From the NCBI GenBank assembly GCA_001819985.1, contig MHOE01000013.1:1088-65087 (forward strand): a stretch of DNA of 64,000 nt, written 5' to 3'. The DNA comes from Candidatus Spechtbacteria bacterium RIFCSPHIGHO2_02_FULL_43_15b. GTDB lineage: Bacteria; Patescibacteriota; Minisyncoccia; Spechtbacterales; HO2-43-30. Each line of letters begins with the position of its first letter. Position 1 is the first letter of the stretch. Of the stretch, positions 19,201 through 28,820 are shown piece after piece. The position numbers and the translations under genes were made by a program. The notes beneath the pieces are model-generated. The model did not search any database, was not told the DNA's origin, and worked only from the letters and a program-made list of their open reading frames with translations.

Positions 19201-21000
19201 GTGGGAGAACTAAACGAACAATCTAAATTTGAAATACAGCCGGTTGTCGAACAAGAACCTTTTCAAAACCTCGCGGTACAAGGGTTTTTTGCAAAATGGT
19301 GCGAGATTAACGACTCCATTACTCCTAAAATAATCAGCCGCGAGGCATGGGAGCAAAGACGCGAAGAAGGCGTATTGGAAAAAACACCAGACCAAGACAG
19401 CAAACGAACTCTGTATCTGCCTATAGATTTGAAGCTGTGGGAAATGGTTGGCGTAGTTGAAGCCGTTGATCATGACACATTCAAGACAAAACCGGAACGA
19501 CAAAATGAAAAAAGAGACAAACTTCTAGCGTTAGGTAAACTTTTTCAAAACTCCGGCATATATATCGCTCAACGATTGGATTCGATTGAAGACGGAAAAA
19601 AAATTGCTGGCGCGCTTGCCGAAGAATTCTACGATTACGGACTCTCGCTAGGCACTGGAAAAAAAGCAGAAACTACGACTAACCTTAACGATATCGCGTC
19701 AAACAGTTTAACGCCCGAAGAAACTCAACAAGCGGACCGTTTTCTTGCCGGGAAAAATCTCTACGCGTCAAGACAAGCACGGGCTGAAAAAGCAAGCGGG
19801 TCTGATCCGGCAAAGCAAGACGAGATTTATGAGGCCGAACGGCAAAAAACCCTATCTCAATTTTTCGGAGTGGCTCAAAATGCTTTTGAGTTAAAACAAA
19901 GAACGGAAAATCTTGAACAGAAACCCGCCGCTAGCGGTCTGAAGCCCTGGCAAAGCAATACGCCTATTCATAACGCTTTCTTGGAAAAAATTGAACGGGC
20001 TATGATAAAAGAGGTGGAAGCTCCAAAAAATGAGCTTGTCGGTTCGATATTCCGCGGAGCATTGCCGAAACTGATTAGCGATATGCGGGAACAAGGGTGG
20101 AAACGCGGTGTCAATTCCCTTTTTGAAAAATTAGGTATAAATTTTTCAGTTGAGCAAAGAAAAATCGCAGATGTGTTGAATATCACTCAACTAAAAACCG
20201 AGCTGGAAAATATCCGCGAGTCGAAAAATCTGGATACAATCTCCGCAAAAGAACGGGAAATTGCCGATAAAATCCAGAAAGCGGTCGGCAGTTTTCCATA
20301 CAATAAAAGTCACGGTAACAACCCCGCGGAAATTGTCGCGAACCAATACATCAACTGTGTCGGTGCTTCAACCCTCGGCGGCGCGCTCATGAAAGAAGCG
20401 GGTCTTGATTACTTAGTGGGTGATGTGCCTCACCATTCTATTTTATTTCTCGTCACAAGCGACGGTCATATTGAACATAGAGATATGCTCGACAAAGGAC
20501 TAAAATCTAATAAGGAATTAACCGACAAAATGATAGTCGGAAAGAAAAAAGATGGCTCGCCCCTTGCCGTCGCGGATATTGAGGCATTCAGTCGCGATCC
20601 CAAACCAGAAGGTCTGGTCTTTGATATTCAAGAAGAAGGTCCTGACTATCTAAACAAAATCCCCTGGATTAAGGAGGTGAGAAGGCAATATGTAACGGTT
20701 TTTGAACCGGAATACGGCCAACAAATTCAAATACTGGGCAATACGGGCGGCGCTCTTTACGATCTTGGCCGCTACGAGGAAGCGGCTGAATTCTTTCGAC
20801 AAGCGGCGGCTCTTAACCCCAAGGCTTCCTTTATTTACTACCTGTGGGGCGATGCTCTTTCCGCTCTCAACCGCCACGAGGAAGCGGCTGAAGCGTACCA
20901 AATATTTATTGATCTAGCAAACAGACAAAGAGGTCGTTTATCGATGAAAATTCAGATAAAACATGCTAGAGATAAAATAGCTAGATTAAAAAGTAAATAG
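19201..21000 (+). CDS. Large hypothetical protein with a putative transglutaminase-like Cys-His-Asp core and C-terminal TPR repeats
   Basis: NCVGASTLGGALMKEAGL...HHSILFLVTSDGHIEHRD resembles the TGc C/H/D arrangement. C-terminal YDLGRYEEAAEFFRQAAALNP...YYLWGDALSALNRHEEAAEAY is TPR-like. GTG start. Confidence 0.55.
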   Translation: MGELNEQSKFEIQPVVEQEPFQNLAVQGFFAKWCEINDSITPKIISREAWEQRREEGVLEKTPDQDSKRTLYLPIDLKLWEMVGVVEAVDHDTFKTKPERQNEKRDKLLALGKLFQNSGIYIAQRLDSIEDGKKIAGALAEEFYDYGLSLGTGKKAETTTNLNDIASNSLTPEETQQADRFLAGKNLYASRQARAEKASGSDPAKQDEIYEAERQKTLSQFFGVAQNAFELKQRTENLEQKPAASGLKPWQSNTPIHNAFLEKIERAMIKEVEAPKNELVGSIFRGALPKLISDMREQGWKRGVNSLFEKLGINFSVEQRKIADVLNITQLKTELENIRESKNLDTISAKEREIADKIQKAVGSFPYNKSHGNNPAEIVANQYINCVGASTLGGALMKEAGLDYLVGDVPHHSILFLVTSDGHIEHRDMLDKGLKSNKELTDKMIVGKKKDGSPLAVADIEAFSRDPKPEGLVFDIQEEGPDYLNKIPWIKEVRRQYVTVFEPEYGQQIQILGNTGGALYDLGRYEEAAEFFRQAAALNPKASFIYYLWGDALSALNRHEEAAEAYQIFIDLANRQRGRLSMKIQIKHARDKIARLKSK

Positions 21001-21072
21001 GTGACGCGGCATAATTGTATCTCGTTTACGCTCCAAGTTTTGGCTTCATACGGGCAAAAAGTTCACGCTTGC

Positions 21073-22221
21073 CTAAATAGCATACCCCGTATTCTTTGCG
21101 AGATACGCAAATGACTCTTTATCTTGGCGTTCGGATTTTATGCCGTTAAACTCTGCCTCCATAATCCTTGAGCGCTTGAGCGAAGCCCTGGAATTATCTA
21201 TAAAATGACAAAATTGCGCGCGAAGCTTAAGCTCCTGATTTCTCGTTATGTCATCCTGCCTTCTCATTAAGCACAATATCTTTTCGAAACGCAAAGCTTG
21301 CCATATCGCGAATCCCGGCTGATTTTTTAGCCACGCAAAGAATGCCCCTGAAACCCTTTCCCTGTCTTTTATATCTTCTTCTTCGTTACCGTTTATAAGA
21401 CGGCTCATAACCTCCGGACGGCGAAGGTTCGCGTAAAGTTCCCGCATCTCATCATCTCCTTCCCTTAAAAACACTACTTCCTCGCCTAAACCCGCGGCGC
21501 CGAGATCCGAAAACGCCACAACCAAAACCTCTTTTGGAACTTTCTCTCCGCGCTCCATCGGCATTTCAATATGGGGCTGGAAAAACATAGGCCCTTTTAT
21601 TATACCCTCCCCTTTTAATTCCTCCATGAATTTCCCTAACTCCGGATTTTGGCTGATAGCCGCTCCGTAATATGGATATTCCTCAAATACAGCACCCTTA
21701 AAATCACTGCCGAGATTGACATCCGGATATGTGGCATCTATCGCCCAACGGGCAATTCGGATATCTTCTTCAGTAAAAATCTTGCTATTTGAAATTTTGT
21801 TTTCATCCCTCATCTGCTCCTCAAGGAGTCCCGCGCTCGCCCCCTCATTCCCATCCGCTCCTTTTGGCTTATCGCCCGCGCGCGCGCCGCGATGCCGCCG
21901 CACCATAGCTAATATTTCATTTTGGTCAGCGCGGTCATAATTTATAACCGTGTCATGCCACGCGATAGCCATATCTGCGAGCGCGTACTGTTTCGGAGAT
22001 AACTCCAACGCCTCTGCCATTTGCTTTGCGCGACTTTCCAAAACTCTAGGATGTTCCGATGTATGATATGTCTTTGGATCCCTGCCCGACTCATCGTGCT
22101 CCTTTCCGTGAAAATCGAGGCCTCTATCCGCGATTCTTCTTGATACTTTTTCAAAGGTTGTTTCACTCGAATTTTCCGCATCCGGATTTTTCTCGCCTTC
22201 GAATTTTTGGGTATTATCCAT
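21073..22221 (-). CDS. Hypothetical protein (382 aa); possible HD-type metal-dependent hydrolase, weak
   Basis: Long clean ORF. H...HD-like residues (HTSEHPRV...AIAWHDTV) are only suggestive. Confidence 0.45.
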   Translation of the reverse strand: MDNTQKFEGEKNPDAENSSETTFEKVSRRIADRGLDFHGKEHDESGRDPKTYHTSEHPRVLESRAKQMAEALELSPKQYALADMAIAWHDTVINYDRADQNEILAMVRRHRGARAGDKPKGADGNEGASAGLLEEQMRDENKISNSKIFTEEDIRIARWAIDATYPDVNLGSDFKGAVFEEYPYYGAAISQNPELGKFMEELKGEGIIKGPMFFQPHIEMPMERGEKVPKEVLVVAFSDLGAAGLGEEVVFLREGDDEMRELYANLRRPEVMSRLINGNEEEDIKDRERVSGAFFAWLKNQPGFAIWQALRFEKILCLMRRQDDITRNQELKLRAQFCHFIDNSRASLKRSRIMEAEFNGIKSERQDKESFAYLAKNTGYAI

Positions 22222-22335
22222 ATTGCCAATATATGATAAAATTAAAATCTATACGCATAATAAAGCAATAAGGCATTAACTGGCAAAGGTCGAGAATCTT
22301 CGCAAATCCAATAATCAATTTTTAAGTTAAATACC

Positions 22336-23193
22336 ATGTCAAAATTTTTAGCAACGATTGTCATGCTTGGCGCTGGAGTAGGAGGCGTTTCTTTCGCCGC
22401 GGAGGACTCTTTGCCGGGCGACCAGCTTTATCCCGTAAAGATTTACTTCACCGAAAATGTTAAATCCGCTTTATCGTTAGACCCGGAATCCGACGCTAAT
22501 ACCGAAGCGGCCAAAATAGGAAAGCGTCTCGAGGAAGCCGGTAAACTCGCGCTTAAGGGAAGATTAAGCCAAAATATCGCGGACAAACTGGACGCGCAAT
22601 TCCAAAAGCACCTGCAAAAAATGTCGGAAATTGCCGATAAACTTGAGGAGCAAGGCAAACTTGAAGCCGCGAATCAAATTAGATCCCGTCTCGAATCTAT
22701 TCTTATCGCGCACGAAGAAATACTCCAGGAAATCACGGAAAATGCTCTGACGAGACCGGAAATAAAAGAAATTGTAGCCAAAGTAAAAAACCAAATTCAA
22801 ACTCAATTCGCAGACAATGAAGAATTGAGAATCCGTATCGAAGATAAACTAAGATCTAAGATCGGACCCGCTGTCCAAACTGCCGCTGAAGGAAAACTTT
22901 CCGCCGCGGAAAACAAATTGGATGAAGTGGAATCTTTTGTTGAAAAAAAATCCGATACGCTTAGTCCTGAAGCTAAGATGAAAATAGATGCCGCCATAAC
23001 AGCCGCTAGAAATGCCATAACCGATGGAAAAACCAAATTGAACTCCGAACAATATGCCGAAGCGTTCCTGCTTTTCCAAAAATCCATAGCGCTTTCCCAG
23101 CAAGCGAAAATAATGGCGGCTATCCACTCCGAATTAGCAGAACAGGATCTTGAAACCGATAATAACGAACTTGAAGATAACGGGGGAGAATAA
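22336..23193 (+). CDS. Secreted/exported coiled-coil protein (DUF5667-like)
   Basis: N-terminal signal-like segment (MSKFLATIVMLGAGVGGVSFAAE), then long heptad-rich helical repeats. Confidence 0.55.
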   Translation: MSKFLATIVMLGAGVGGVSFAAEDSLPGDQLYPVKIYFTENVKSALSLDPESDANTEAAKIGKRLEEAGKLALKGRLSQNIADKLDAQFQKHLQKMSEIADKLEEQGKLEAANQIRSRLESILIAHEEILQEITENALTRPEIKEIVAKVKNQIQTQFADNEELRIRIEDKLRSKIGPAVQTAAEGKLSAAENKLDEVESFVEKKSDTLSPEAKMKIDAAITAARNAITDGKTKLNSEQYAEAFLLFQKSIALSQQAKIMAAIHSELAEQDLETDNNELEDNGGE

Positions 23194-23682
23194 CTAGGAC
23201 GCATGAGATAGAAAAACATCTCGGGCAATTGCCCGAGATGTTTTTTGTTGCTTCGCGGAAGAACTTTTATCCGCTCTCATTTTAATATCCATAACCGCGA
23301 CCGTTTCGCCATCCTGATTGAAAATTTCCATCTTGCAATTAAAATATCCGAATCCCCAATGTGCCTTATCATATTTTAACAACACCTTTAATATGCAATA
23401 TATGTGCTCACCCGCCCTTACCGGTTTTAGATATGATGTCTTATCCTCAATGAGCATTAACCCTTCCAAAAAACTATAAGGAAGAGCTCCTATGGCAACA
23501 TCGCCGGTAAGCCGGCCATGAGAAACTATTTCGCCAAAAGGTCCTTCCCGGCTAGCATCCTCATCGAGATGCAGGGGGTTGTGATCGCCCGTAAGATCGG
23601 CAAATCTTTCAATCATATCAAATGTTATGATCTGGAGATCTGTTTTGATCTCATATCCTTCTTTTACATCTTCAAAGTACAT
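23194..23682 (-). CDS. MaoC-like (hotdog-fold) dehydratase
   Basis: GDHNPLHLDEDAS...G.IVSHG hotdog motifs. Start set at MYFEDVKEGY, which is preceded by GGAGGG. The upstream extension in the ORF track lacks an RBS. Confidence 0.7.
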   Translation of the reverse strand: MYFEDVKEGYEIKTDLQIITFDMIERFADLTGDHNPLHLDEDASREGPFGEIVSHGRLTGDVAIGALPYSFLEGLMLIEDKTSYLKPVRAGEHIYCILKVLLKYDKAHWGFGYFNCKMEIFNQDGETVAVMDIKMRADKSSSAKQQKTSRAIARDVFLSHAS

Positions 23683-23841
23683 CAAAATCCCTCCTTTCAA
23701 TTCGCGCGTCAAAGAATAAATACAACAAAATCCAGAAATCGAAAATGTTGACTGTTCAAACAAAAATGGTATTATTCCTTAGCTACTTTGACTTTGAGGT
23801 TAGTATGCGATGAACCTTAAAAATTTACAAGTGGTGAGCGC

Positions 23842-25362
23842 ATGAAGAATAGGTGGTTTATGATTTCTATTCTCGCAATTGTCTTTTTGGGAATTGGCGG
23901 GATACCATCTTATGGAGTAAATACGGAGGCAGTATCTGCGGGGCATGGCGATTACAACTTCCTGCTTTGGATAGCCATTCTTCTCGTTATTGCCGCGTTC
24001 GGACGCCTTATCGAAAAAATAAAACAGCCATCGGTTCTTGGTGAACTTGTAGCGGGCTTGCTTCTTGGCGTTCCTCTCTTTGTCGGCTTTACTTATTTTG
24101 AAAATGTCAAAAATAGTGAATTCATAAAGAATGTAGCAGAGCTTGGCGTAGTAATACTCCTCTTCCAGACAGGCCTTGAATCTAATATTTCCGAAATGCA
24201 AAAAAATGGAGTCCGAGCTTTGGCTGTGGCCGCAATAGGAGTCGCGGCGCCTTTTTCCCTTGGCTATTTTGTAAGTCCGCTACTTATACCCAACTTATCA
24301 TCTCACACCGCCTTATTTTTAGGAGCAACGCTTACCGCCACATCTGTCGGTATAACAGCTCGGGTATTTAGGGATCTTGGAAAGCTCAACACTAGAGAGG
24401 CAAAAATCATTTTAGGAGCCGCCGTATTTGATGATGTAATAGGACTTATAATTCTTTCCGTAGTATCTGCCATAGCGCTGAATGGTTCAGTCGAGATTTC
24501 AGATGTTGGCTTTGTGATTGCAAAAGCCGTGGGATTCCTGTTAATCGCGGTCTTTTTGTTAAGGCCGCTAACGCACCATATAAGCAAAATGTTTTCAAAA
24601 ATCAACACGGGGATAGGAATGAAATTCGTTCTTGCGATGTCTTTTTGTTTGGTTTTAGCGTACGCGGCAAGTTTAATAGGGCTTGCGCCGATAGTAGGAG
24701 CATTCGCCGCTGGAATAATACTTGAACCCGTACATTTCAAATTCTTCAAAGAACCGGAGATTATCGAGGAAATTAAGCGCGCCGTACAAGGTGCAAGAAC
24801 ACAAATAAATCAGCGCGTCTCTGAAGTGATAAACAGGTCATCGTATAATCTCGGAATTACCAGTATAGAAGGTATGCGAAGCATAGCTTCTACCGCGATA
24901 AATCAGATTGACAGGATATCTGAATCAGTAAATAAGCACTCCGATCGCCATGTAGCATCACTGCTTGAACCTATAGCATATCTAACTGTGCCTATATTTT
25001 TCGTCCTAACCGGAATGCAAGTTGACCTTGCCACGCTTGGCAATGCCAATGTCGTGGTGGCGGCCGCCGGAATAACTTTTATTGCTTTTACTGGAAAAAT
25101 CGTGTCGGGCCTGGTTATGTGGCGTAGCGGCATCAAATCGGTAGCTGTTGTGGGATTCGGAATGATACCAAGAGGTGAGGTGGGGCTGATTTTCGCAACG
25201 ATAGGCAAAGCTATCGGGGTAGTGTCGGAAGAAGTATTCTCAATCGTTATAATAATGGTTATGGTAAGCACACTTGCCACGCCGGTTATACTTGGATTCC
25301 TGCTTAAAGACAGGGGGGACAACGACCATACCTTAACGCAAAAAACGAATGAGGTGATGTAA
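23842..25362 (+). CDS. Cation:proton antiporter (CPA/Kef-type Na+ or K+/H+ exchanger)
   Basis: 506 aa, ~12 TM helices, LGELVAGLLLG motif. A hydrophilic ~70-aa insertion sits mid-protein. Confidence 0.75.
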   Translation: MKNRWFMISILAIVFLGIGGIPSYGVNTEAVSAGHGDYNFLLWIAILLVIAAFGRLIEKIKQPSVLGELVAGLLLGVPLFVGFTYFENVKNSEFIKNVAELGVVILLFQTGLESNISEMQKNGVRALAVAAIGVAAPFSLGYFVSPLLIPNLSSHTALFLGATLTATSVGITARVFRDLGKLNTREAKIILGAAVFDDVIGLIILSVVSAIALNGSVEISDVGFVIAKAVGFLLIAVFLLRPLTHHISKMFSKINTGIGMKFVLAMSFCLVLAYAASLIGLAPIVGAFAAGIILEPVHFKFFKEPEIIEEIKRAVQGARTQINQRVSEVINRSSYNLGITSIEGMRSIASTAINQIDRISESVNKHSDRHVASLLEPIAYLTVPIFFVLTGMQVDLATLGNANVVVAAAGITFIAFTGKIVSGLVMWRSGIKSVAVVGFGMIPRGEVGLIFATIGKAIGVVSEEVFSIVIIMVMVSTLATPVILGFLLKDRGDNDHTLTQKTNEVM

Positions 25363-26726
25363 TGCCGACGGCCAAAACAAGAACATCTGAACCCCTATTA
25401 CAATCTCTTTTCGAAAAAGTCGAATGGGCTGGAAAACTGCTCGAAGTACCCGACTGGGTGATAGAACAAGAAATAAAACTCTACAAGTGCCATGAACTCA
25501 CCGTAGGAAAATTACGGCTAGAGATGGATGACGGAACCTCTGAAAGATTCTCCGCGACCGTGGTATTGCATTGCCAGCCATATTACCACGACAGACCATA
25601 CAAGGGGGGAATACGGCTTTCCAACACAGTTACCCCCTCATTCCTTAGAGTCCTTGCCTTCGAAATGACCTTCAAATGCGCGGTTGCTAATATTGAATTT
25701 GGCGGAGGAAAATCCGGAATACGGATGGAAAGACCCATAAACCAATACTCGCCCCGCGAAATCACAAGGATTATAGAAGCTTTCTCCGAAGTATTTATAA
25801 AGGAACATAGAGTAATATCCCCCCGCTATTATGTTCCCGCGACAGATATGGGAACGACTTCCGGTAATATGGATGTGATACACGGCAAATACTGGGAAGA
25901 GGCCAAAAACGGAACGATAGCAGGCGGCACAGGAACGGCGGTAACCGGACGAACTGTAAAAAATGGCGGAAGTCCAGGCCGGGAAGAGGCGACGGCTCTC
26001 GGGGGTCTAATTGTTCTCGAAAAATTACGCCAGCTAGGCGATATGCCAAAGCTTAAAAGCAAACAACCCACGGTTGTGGTTCAGGGCTTGGGACAAGTAG
26101 GTGGCAACTTCGTAAAGCTAGCCGAAGAACGCGGTTACAAAGTTGTTGGCGTAAGCAATATTACTGGCGCGGTTTACAACAAAGACGGAATAGATATATC
26201 AGAACTTCCAAAGAATAGTAACTTATCCATAAACCCCAACGGCTCCTTGGAAAATGTTACTGGAGAGCATTTGCTATCGCAGGATATTATAACAAAACCA
26301 TGCGATATACTTGTGCCTGCCGCCATGGAAAATGTAATAACCATGGAAAACCATCGAGGAATCAGCGCAAAGGTAATACTTGAACTTGCGAATCACCCGA
26401 CAAATGAAAACGCTCACAGAGAACTCACGAAAAGGGCCTATGTGGTACCGGATATATTCGCTAATGCCGGAGGCGTAAGCGTATCTTTCTGGGAATGGTC
26501 GCTAAGCTTGGGACACCCTCGCCACAGTATGCAGATACAGCAAACTCTTGAAGAGGTACGCGCCAATCTTACCGCTCAAATGGAAGACGCGACAAATCAA
26601 GTTCTTTGGTACGCCAAAAAATACGACACGGATCTTCGTGGAGCGGCGTGGCTTAAAGCCACCCAGCTTATAGCTGAACGGCTTCAGATGAAACATGGCG
26701 ACCGATGGGCGCCAAGACAAAAATAA
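25362..26726 (+). CDS. gdhA: Glutamate dehydrogenase (Glu/Leu/Phe/Val dehydrogenase family)
   Basis: FGGGKSG catalytic lysine motif and GLGQVGG dinucleotide fold. ATGA start/stop overlap with the antiporter gene. Confidence 0.85.
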   Translation: MPTAKTRTSEPLLQSLFEKVEWAGKLLEVPDWVIEQEIKLYKCHELTVGKLRLEMDDGTSERFSATVVLHCQPYYHDRPYKGGIRLSNTVTPSFLRVLAFEMTFKCAVANIEFGGGKSGIRMERPINQYSPREITRIIEAFSEVFIKEHRVISPRYYVPATDMGTTSGNMDVIHGKYWEEAKNGTIAGGTGTAVTGRTVKNGGSPGREEATALGGLIVLEKLRQLGDMPKLKSKQPTVVVQGLGQVGGNFVKLAEERGYKVVGVSNITGAVYNKDGIDISELPKNSNLSINPNGSLENVTGEHLLSQDIITKPCDILVPAAMENVITMENHRGISAKVILELANHPTNENAHRELTKRAYVVPDIFANAGGVSVSFWEWSLSLGHPRHSMQIQQTLEEVRANLTAQMEDATNQVLWYAKKYDTDLRGAAWLKATQLIAERLQMKHGDRWAPRQK

Positions 26727-26789
26727 AACTTTTCCAACCGGAAAGGTTTTTTATTTGTTTTTGCTACTCTATTATGCTAAATTTTAACT

Positions 26790-27092
26790 ATGCAAATAAT
26801 AATACAAAACCCAAGACAAAATCTAGTAAACGCATTGAGGCAATGCGGATATCATTTCGAACGCCACCATATACAAACCAGCGAGGTTAGCGCGGCAAAA
26901 AATTTAGGAATCGGCGGATTCCCCCGCTTTCATTGCTACGCGAAATTAGACGATGATAAAAATATTGTTATAAACCTTCACTTGGACCAAAAACGCCCAA
27001 GCTACGCGGGAACTCGGACGCACGGAGGCGAATATGACGGCGAATTGGTTCGACAGGAAGCAGAGAGGATAAAAAAACTGTTTGAGATATAA
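26790..27092 (+). CDS. Hypothetical small protein (100 aa)
   Basis: ATG start, His-rich. No recognised family. Confidence 0.4.
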   Translation: MQIIIQNPRQNLVNALRQCGYHFERHHIQTSEVSAAKNLGIGGFPRFHCYAKLDDDKNIVINLHLDQKRPSYAGTRTHGGEYDGELVRQEAERIKKLFEI

Positions 27093-27138
27093 CTTTATAA
27101 TTTCGATTCCATTAAAAATTCAAAAACAAAACTGAAAA

Positions 27139-27837
27139 TTATCTTATTACGCTTCCCTTAAAATCCTCCCCTCTCACCGCTTTCGCTAAATTTTCAAGCT
27201 CCGTCCCCTTAACAATAATCGCTTCTACGCTTTTTTCTTCCGCGAGCTTCGCCGCTATAGGATCAACCGGGGCTTTCATTCCCGGGGTCCATTCATCTCC
27301 CACCATTTTCCTGTACTGTTGCCATGACAATTTTTCTAATCGTTTTGCTGAAGGATTTTTTTCTATATCGTCGTCATAAACATAGTCGATTCTTGTCGCT
27401 ATTAAAACGCTATCTGTATGAAACCTAACGGCGAGCATAACCGCTATGTAATCCGTGGACCAACCTGGCTTCCAACCCGAAGCTATAAAAAGATTGTGCT
27501 TATCTTCGTTTCCGATATCCTTAGTGGGATCGTCGAGTATAATCGGGTGCGCTACATCGAAAAAAACAGTCCTTAACAAATGACCATTCAAGCGAGTCGC
27601 GTGTATGCCGATCCAATCCTTATCCTCATCTGAAATATCAACGATTTCCGAAGCAGCGTTTTGATAGTTTCTAGCGGTGATGCCGCCTCCCGCAACTATA
27701 ACAAATCTCTTTCCTTCATCTAAAAACTTTAAGATAAAATTCCTGAATCCCTTAAGGAATTCTGTGTTGATTTTTTCGGGTACAATAATAGACCCTCCGA
27801 GGGCCATAACTATTGTTTTATTATCGTTTGAGTTCAT
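27139..27837 (-). CDS. pyrH: Amino-acid-kinase-fold protein, archaeal-type UMP kinase
   Basis: MALGGSIIVPE, VIVAGGGITAR, IGIHATRLNG, GWKPGWSTD, DYVYDDD...NPSAKR and VDPIAAKL align along the full length with archaeal PyrH (e.g. GGSVLVPE / VVGGG / GGTHPGHTTD / DGVYTADP / VDPLAAK). Confidence 0.7.
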   Translation of the reverse strand: MNSNDNKTIVMALGGSIIVPEKINTEFLKGFRNFILKFLDEGKRFVIVAGGGITARNYQNAASEIVDISDEDKDWIGIHATRLNGHLLRTVFFDVAHPIILDDPTKDIGNEDKHNLFIASGWKPGWSTDYIAVMLAVRFHTDSVLIATRIDYVYDDDIEKNPSAKRLEKLSWQQYRKMVGDEWTPGMKAPVDPIAAKLAEEKSVEAIIVKGTELENLAKAVRGEDFKGSVIR

Positions 27838-27902
27838 TTATTGGAATCATAGCGCGAGTTCGGATTTTGTAAAGATGGTGATAAATTGAATAATGCGTAC
27901 AA

Positions 27903-28060
27903 CAAAAACCCTTCCTCAATAGGTGCGGGGAATGAACCCGATATTATTATGTAAGTGGGTCCCCGCAGCATCCCGCCAAGGCGACATGCGATATAAGGAT
28001 CCCTCTTAAAAGATTTGATCCGGATTCAATGAACCCCGCACCAATTGAAAAAGGGTTAAA
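27903..28060. repeat. Imperfect ~25-bp inverted repeat pair flanking a ~100-bp GC-rich core with repeated CCCCGCA motifs
   Basis: Arm A (27905-27930) and arm B (28033-28060) match after reverse-complementing (AACCCTTCCTCAATAGGTGCGGGG vs AACCCTTTTTCAATTGGTGCGGGG). There are three CCCCGCA copies in the same orientation, one GTGCGGGG in inverse orientation, and an AATGAACCC direct repeat. Confidence 0.5.
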
Positions 28061-28154
28061 AAAACTCTTACCCCGCACTCTTATGGTACGCTCTAATTAA
28101 ATCTTATGGCTAAATTTTTCCACGCTCTTTCGCTTGAAAATTCAGAGAAAACCC

Positions 28155-28748
28155 TTAAAACATAATATCCTCCTCCGCTCTTTTGTATTCATGTATTTCT
28201 TCGCTCTTAAACCAATGCTCGAGCTCGTGAGCCGCTTCTGAAGAATCGCCAGACGCGTGAACCACATTGTGTATCGCCCGCTTGCCGATATTTGCAAGTG
28301 TCGGAGAATCTACCGAGAAATCCCCTCTTATCGTTCCCATTTCCGCCACCGCGGGAATGGTTTTTCCGACTATCTTCCTCACCATATCCACGGCGTGTAT
28401 TCCCTGTATTACCATCGCTACTATAGGACCCGAAGTTAAAAAATCCACATTCCACCCCGCTATTTCTTTTCCGATCTCAAGCGGATCGTCAGTTCCAAGT
28501 TCTTTTATGGGATCTTTGCCGTACTGCCGATAGTTATCGAGGGTTTTTTCTCCCATCCCGCGAAGCCATCCATCAGTATTCGGATAGTGGTCTCTAGCCA
28601 TGTCTTCGCTTGCGACTATCATCTTAAGCGATATTATTTTGAGACCTCTCGATTCAACGCGCTTTATTACTTCGCCCACCAAACCGCGCTTTACTCCGTC
28701 CGGTTTGACAAACAAAACTGTTTTTTCTTCTTTTGGGCTGATTTCCAT
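28155..28748 (-). CDS. ndk: Nucleoside diphosphate kinase with a ~45-aa insertion
   Basis: VKPDGVKRGLVGEVIKRVE, the active-site NVVHASGDS motif, and WF near the C-terminus. A long insertion falls in the Kpn-loop region. Confidence 0.85.
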   Translation of the reverse strand: MEISPKEEKTVLFVKPDGVKRGLVGEVIKRVESRGLKIISLKMIVASEDMARDHYPNTDGWLRGMGEKTLDNYRQYGKDPIKELGTDDPLEIGKEIAGWNVDFLTSGPIVAMVIQGIHAVDMVRKIVGKTIPAVAEMGTIRGDFSVDSPTLANIGKRAIHNVVHASGDSSEAAHELEHWFKSEEIHEYKRAEEDIMF

Positions 28749-28820
28749 AAATTTAGGTTTAGGTCTTGGATTTTAGGAAACGACTTTGCGTTTGCTTTTA
28801 AAAGTGGGCTAATGCCTAAT

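Noticed and set aside
19201-23800. Mobile element / genomic island signature around the tRNA-Pro gene
   Set aside because: No integrase, transposase, direct repeat of the tRNA 3' end, or compositional shift was seen. The flanking genes look chromosomal.
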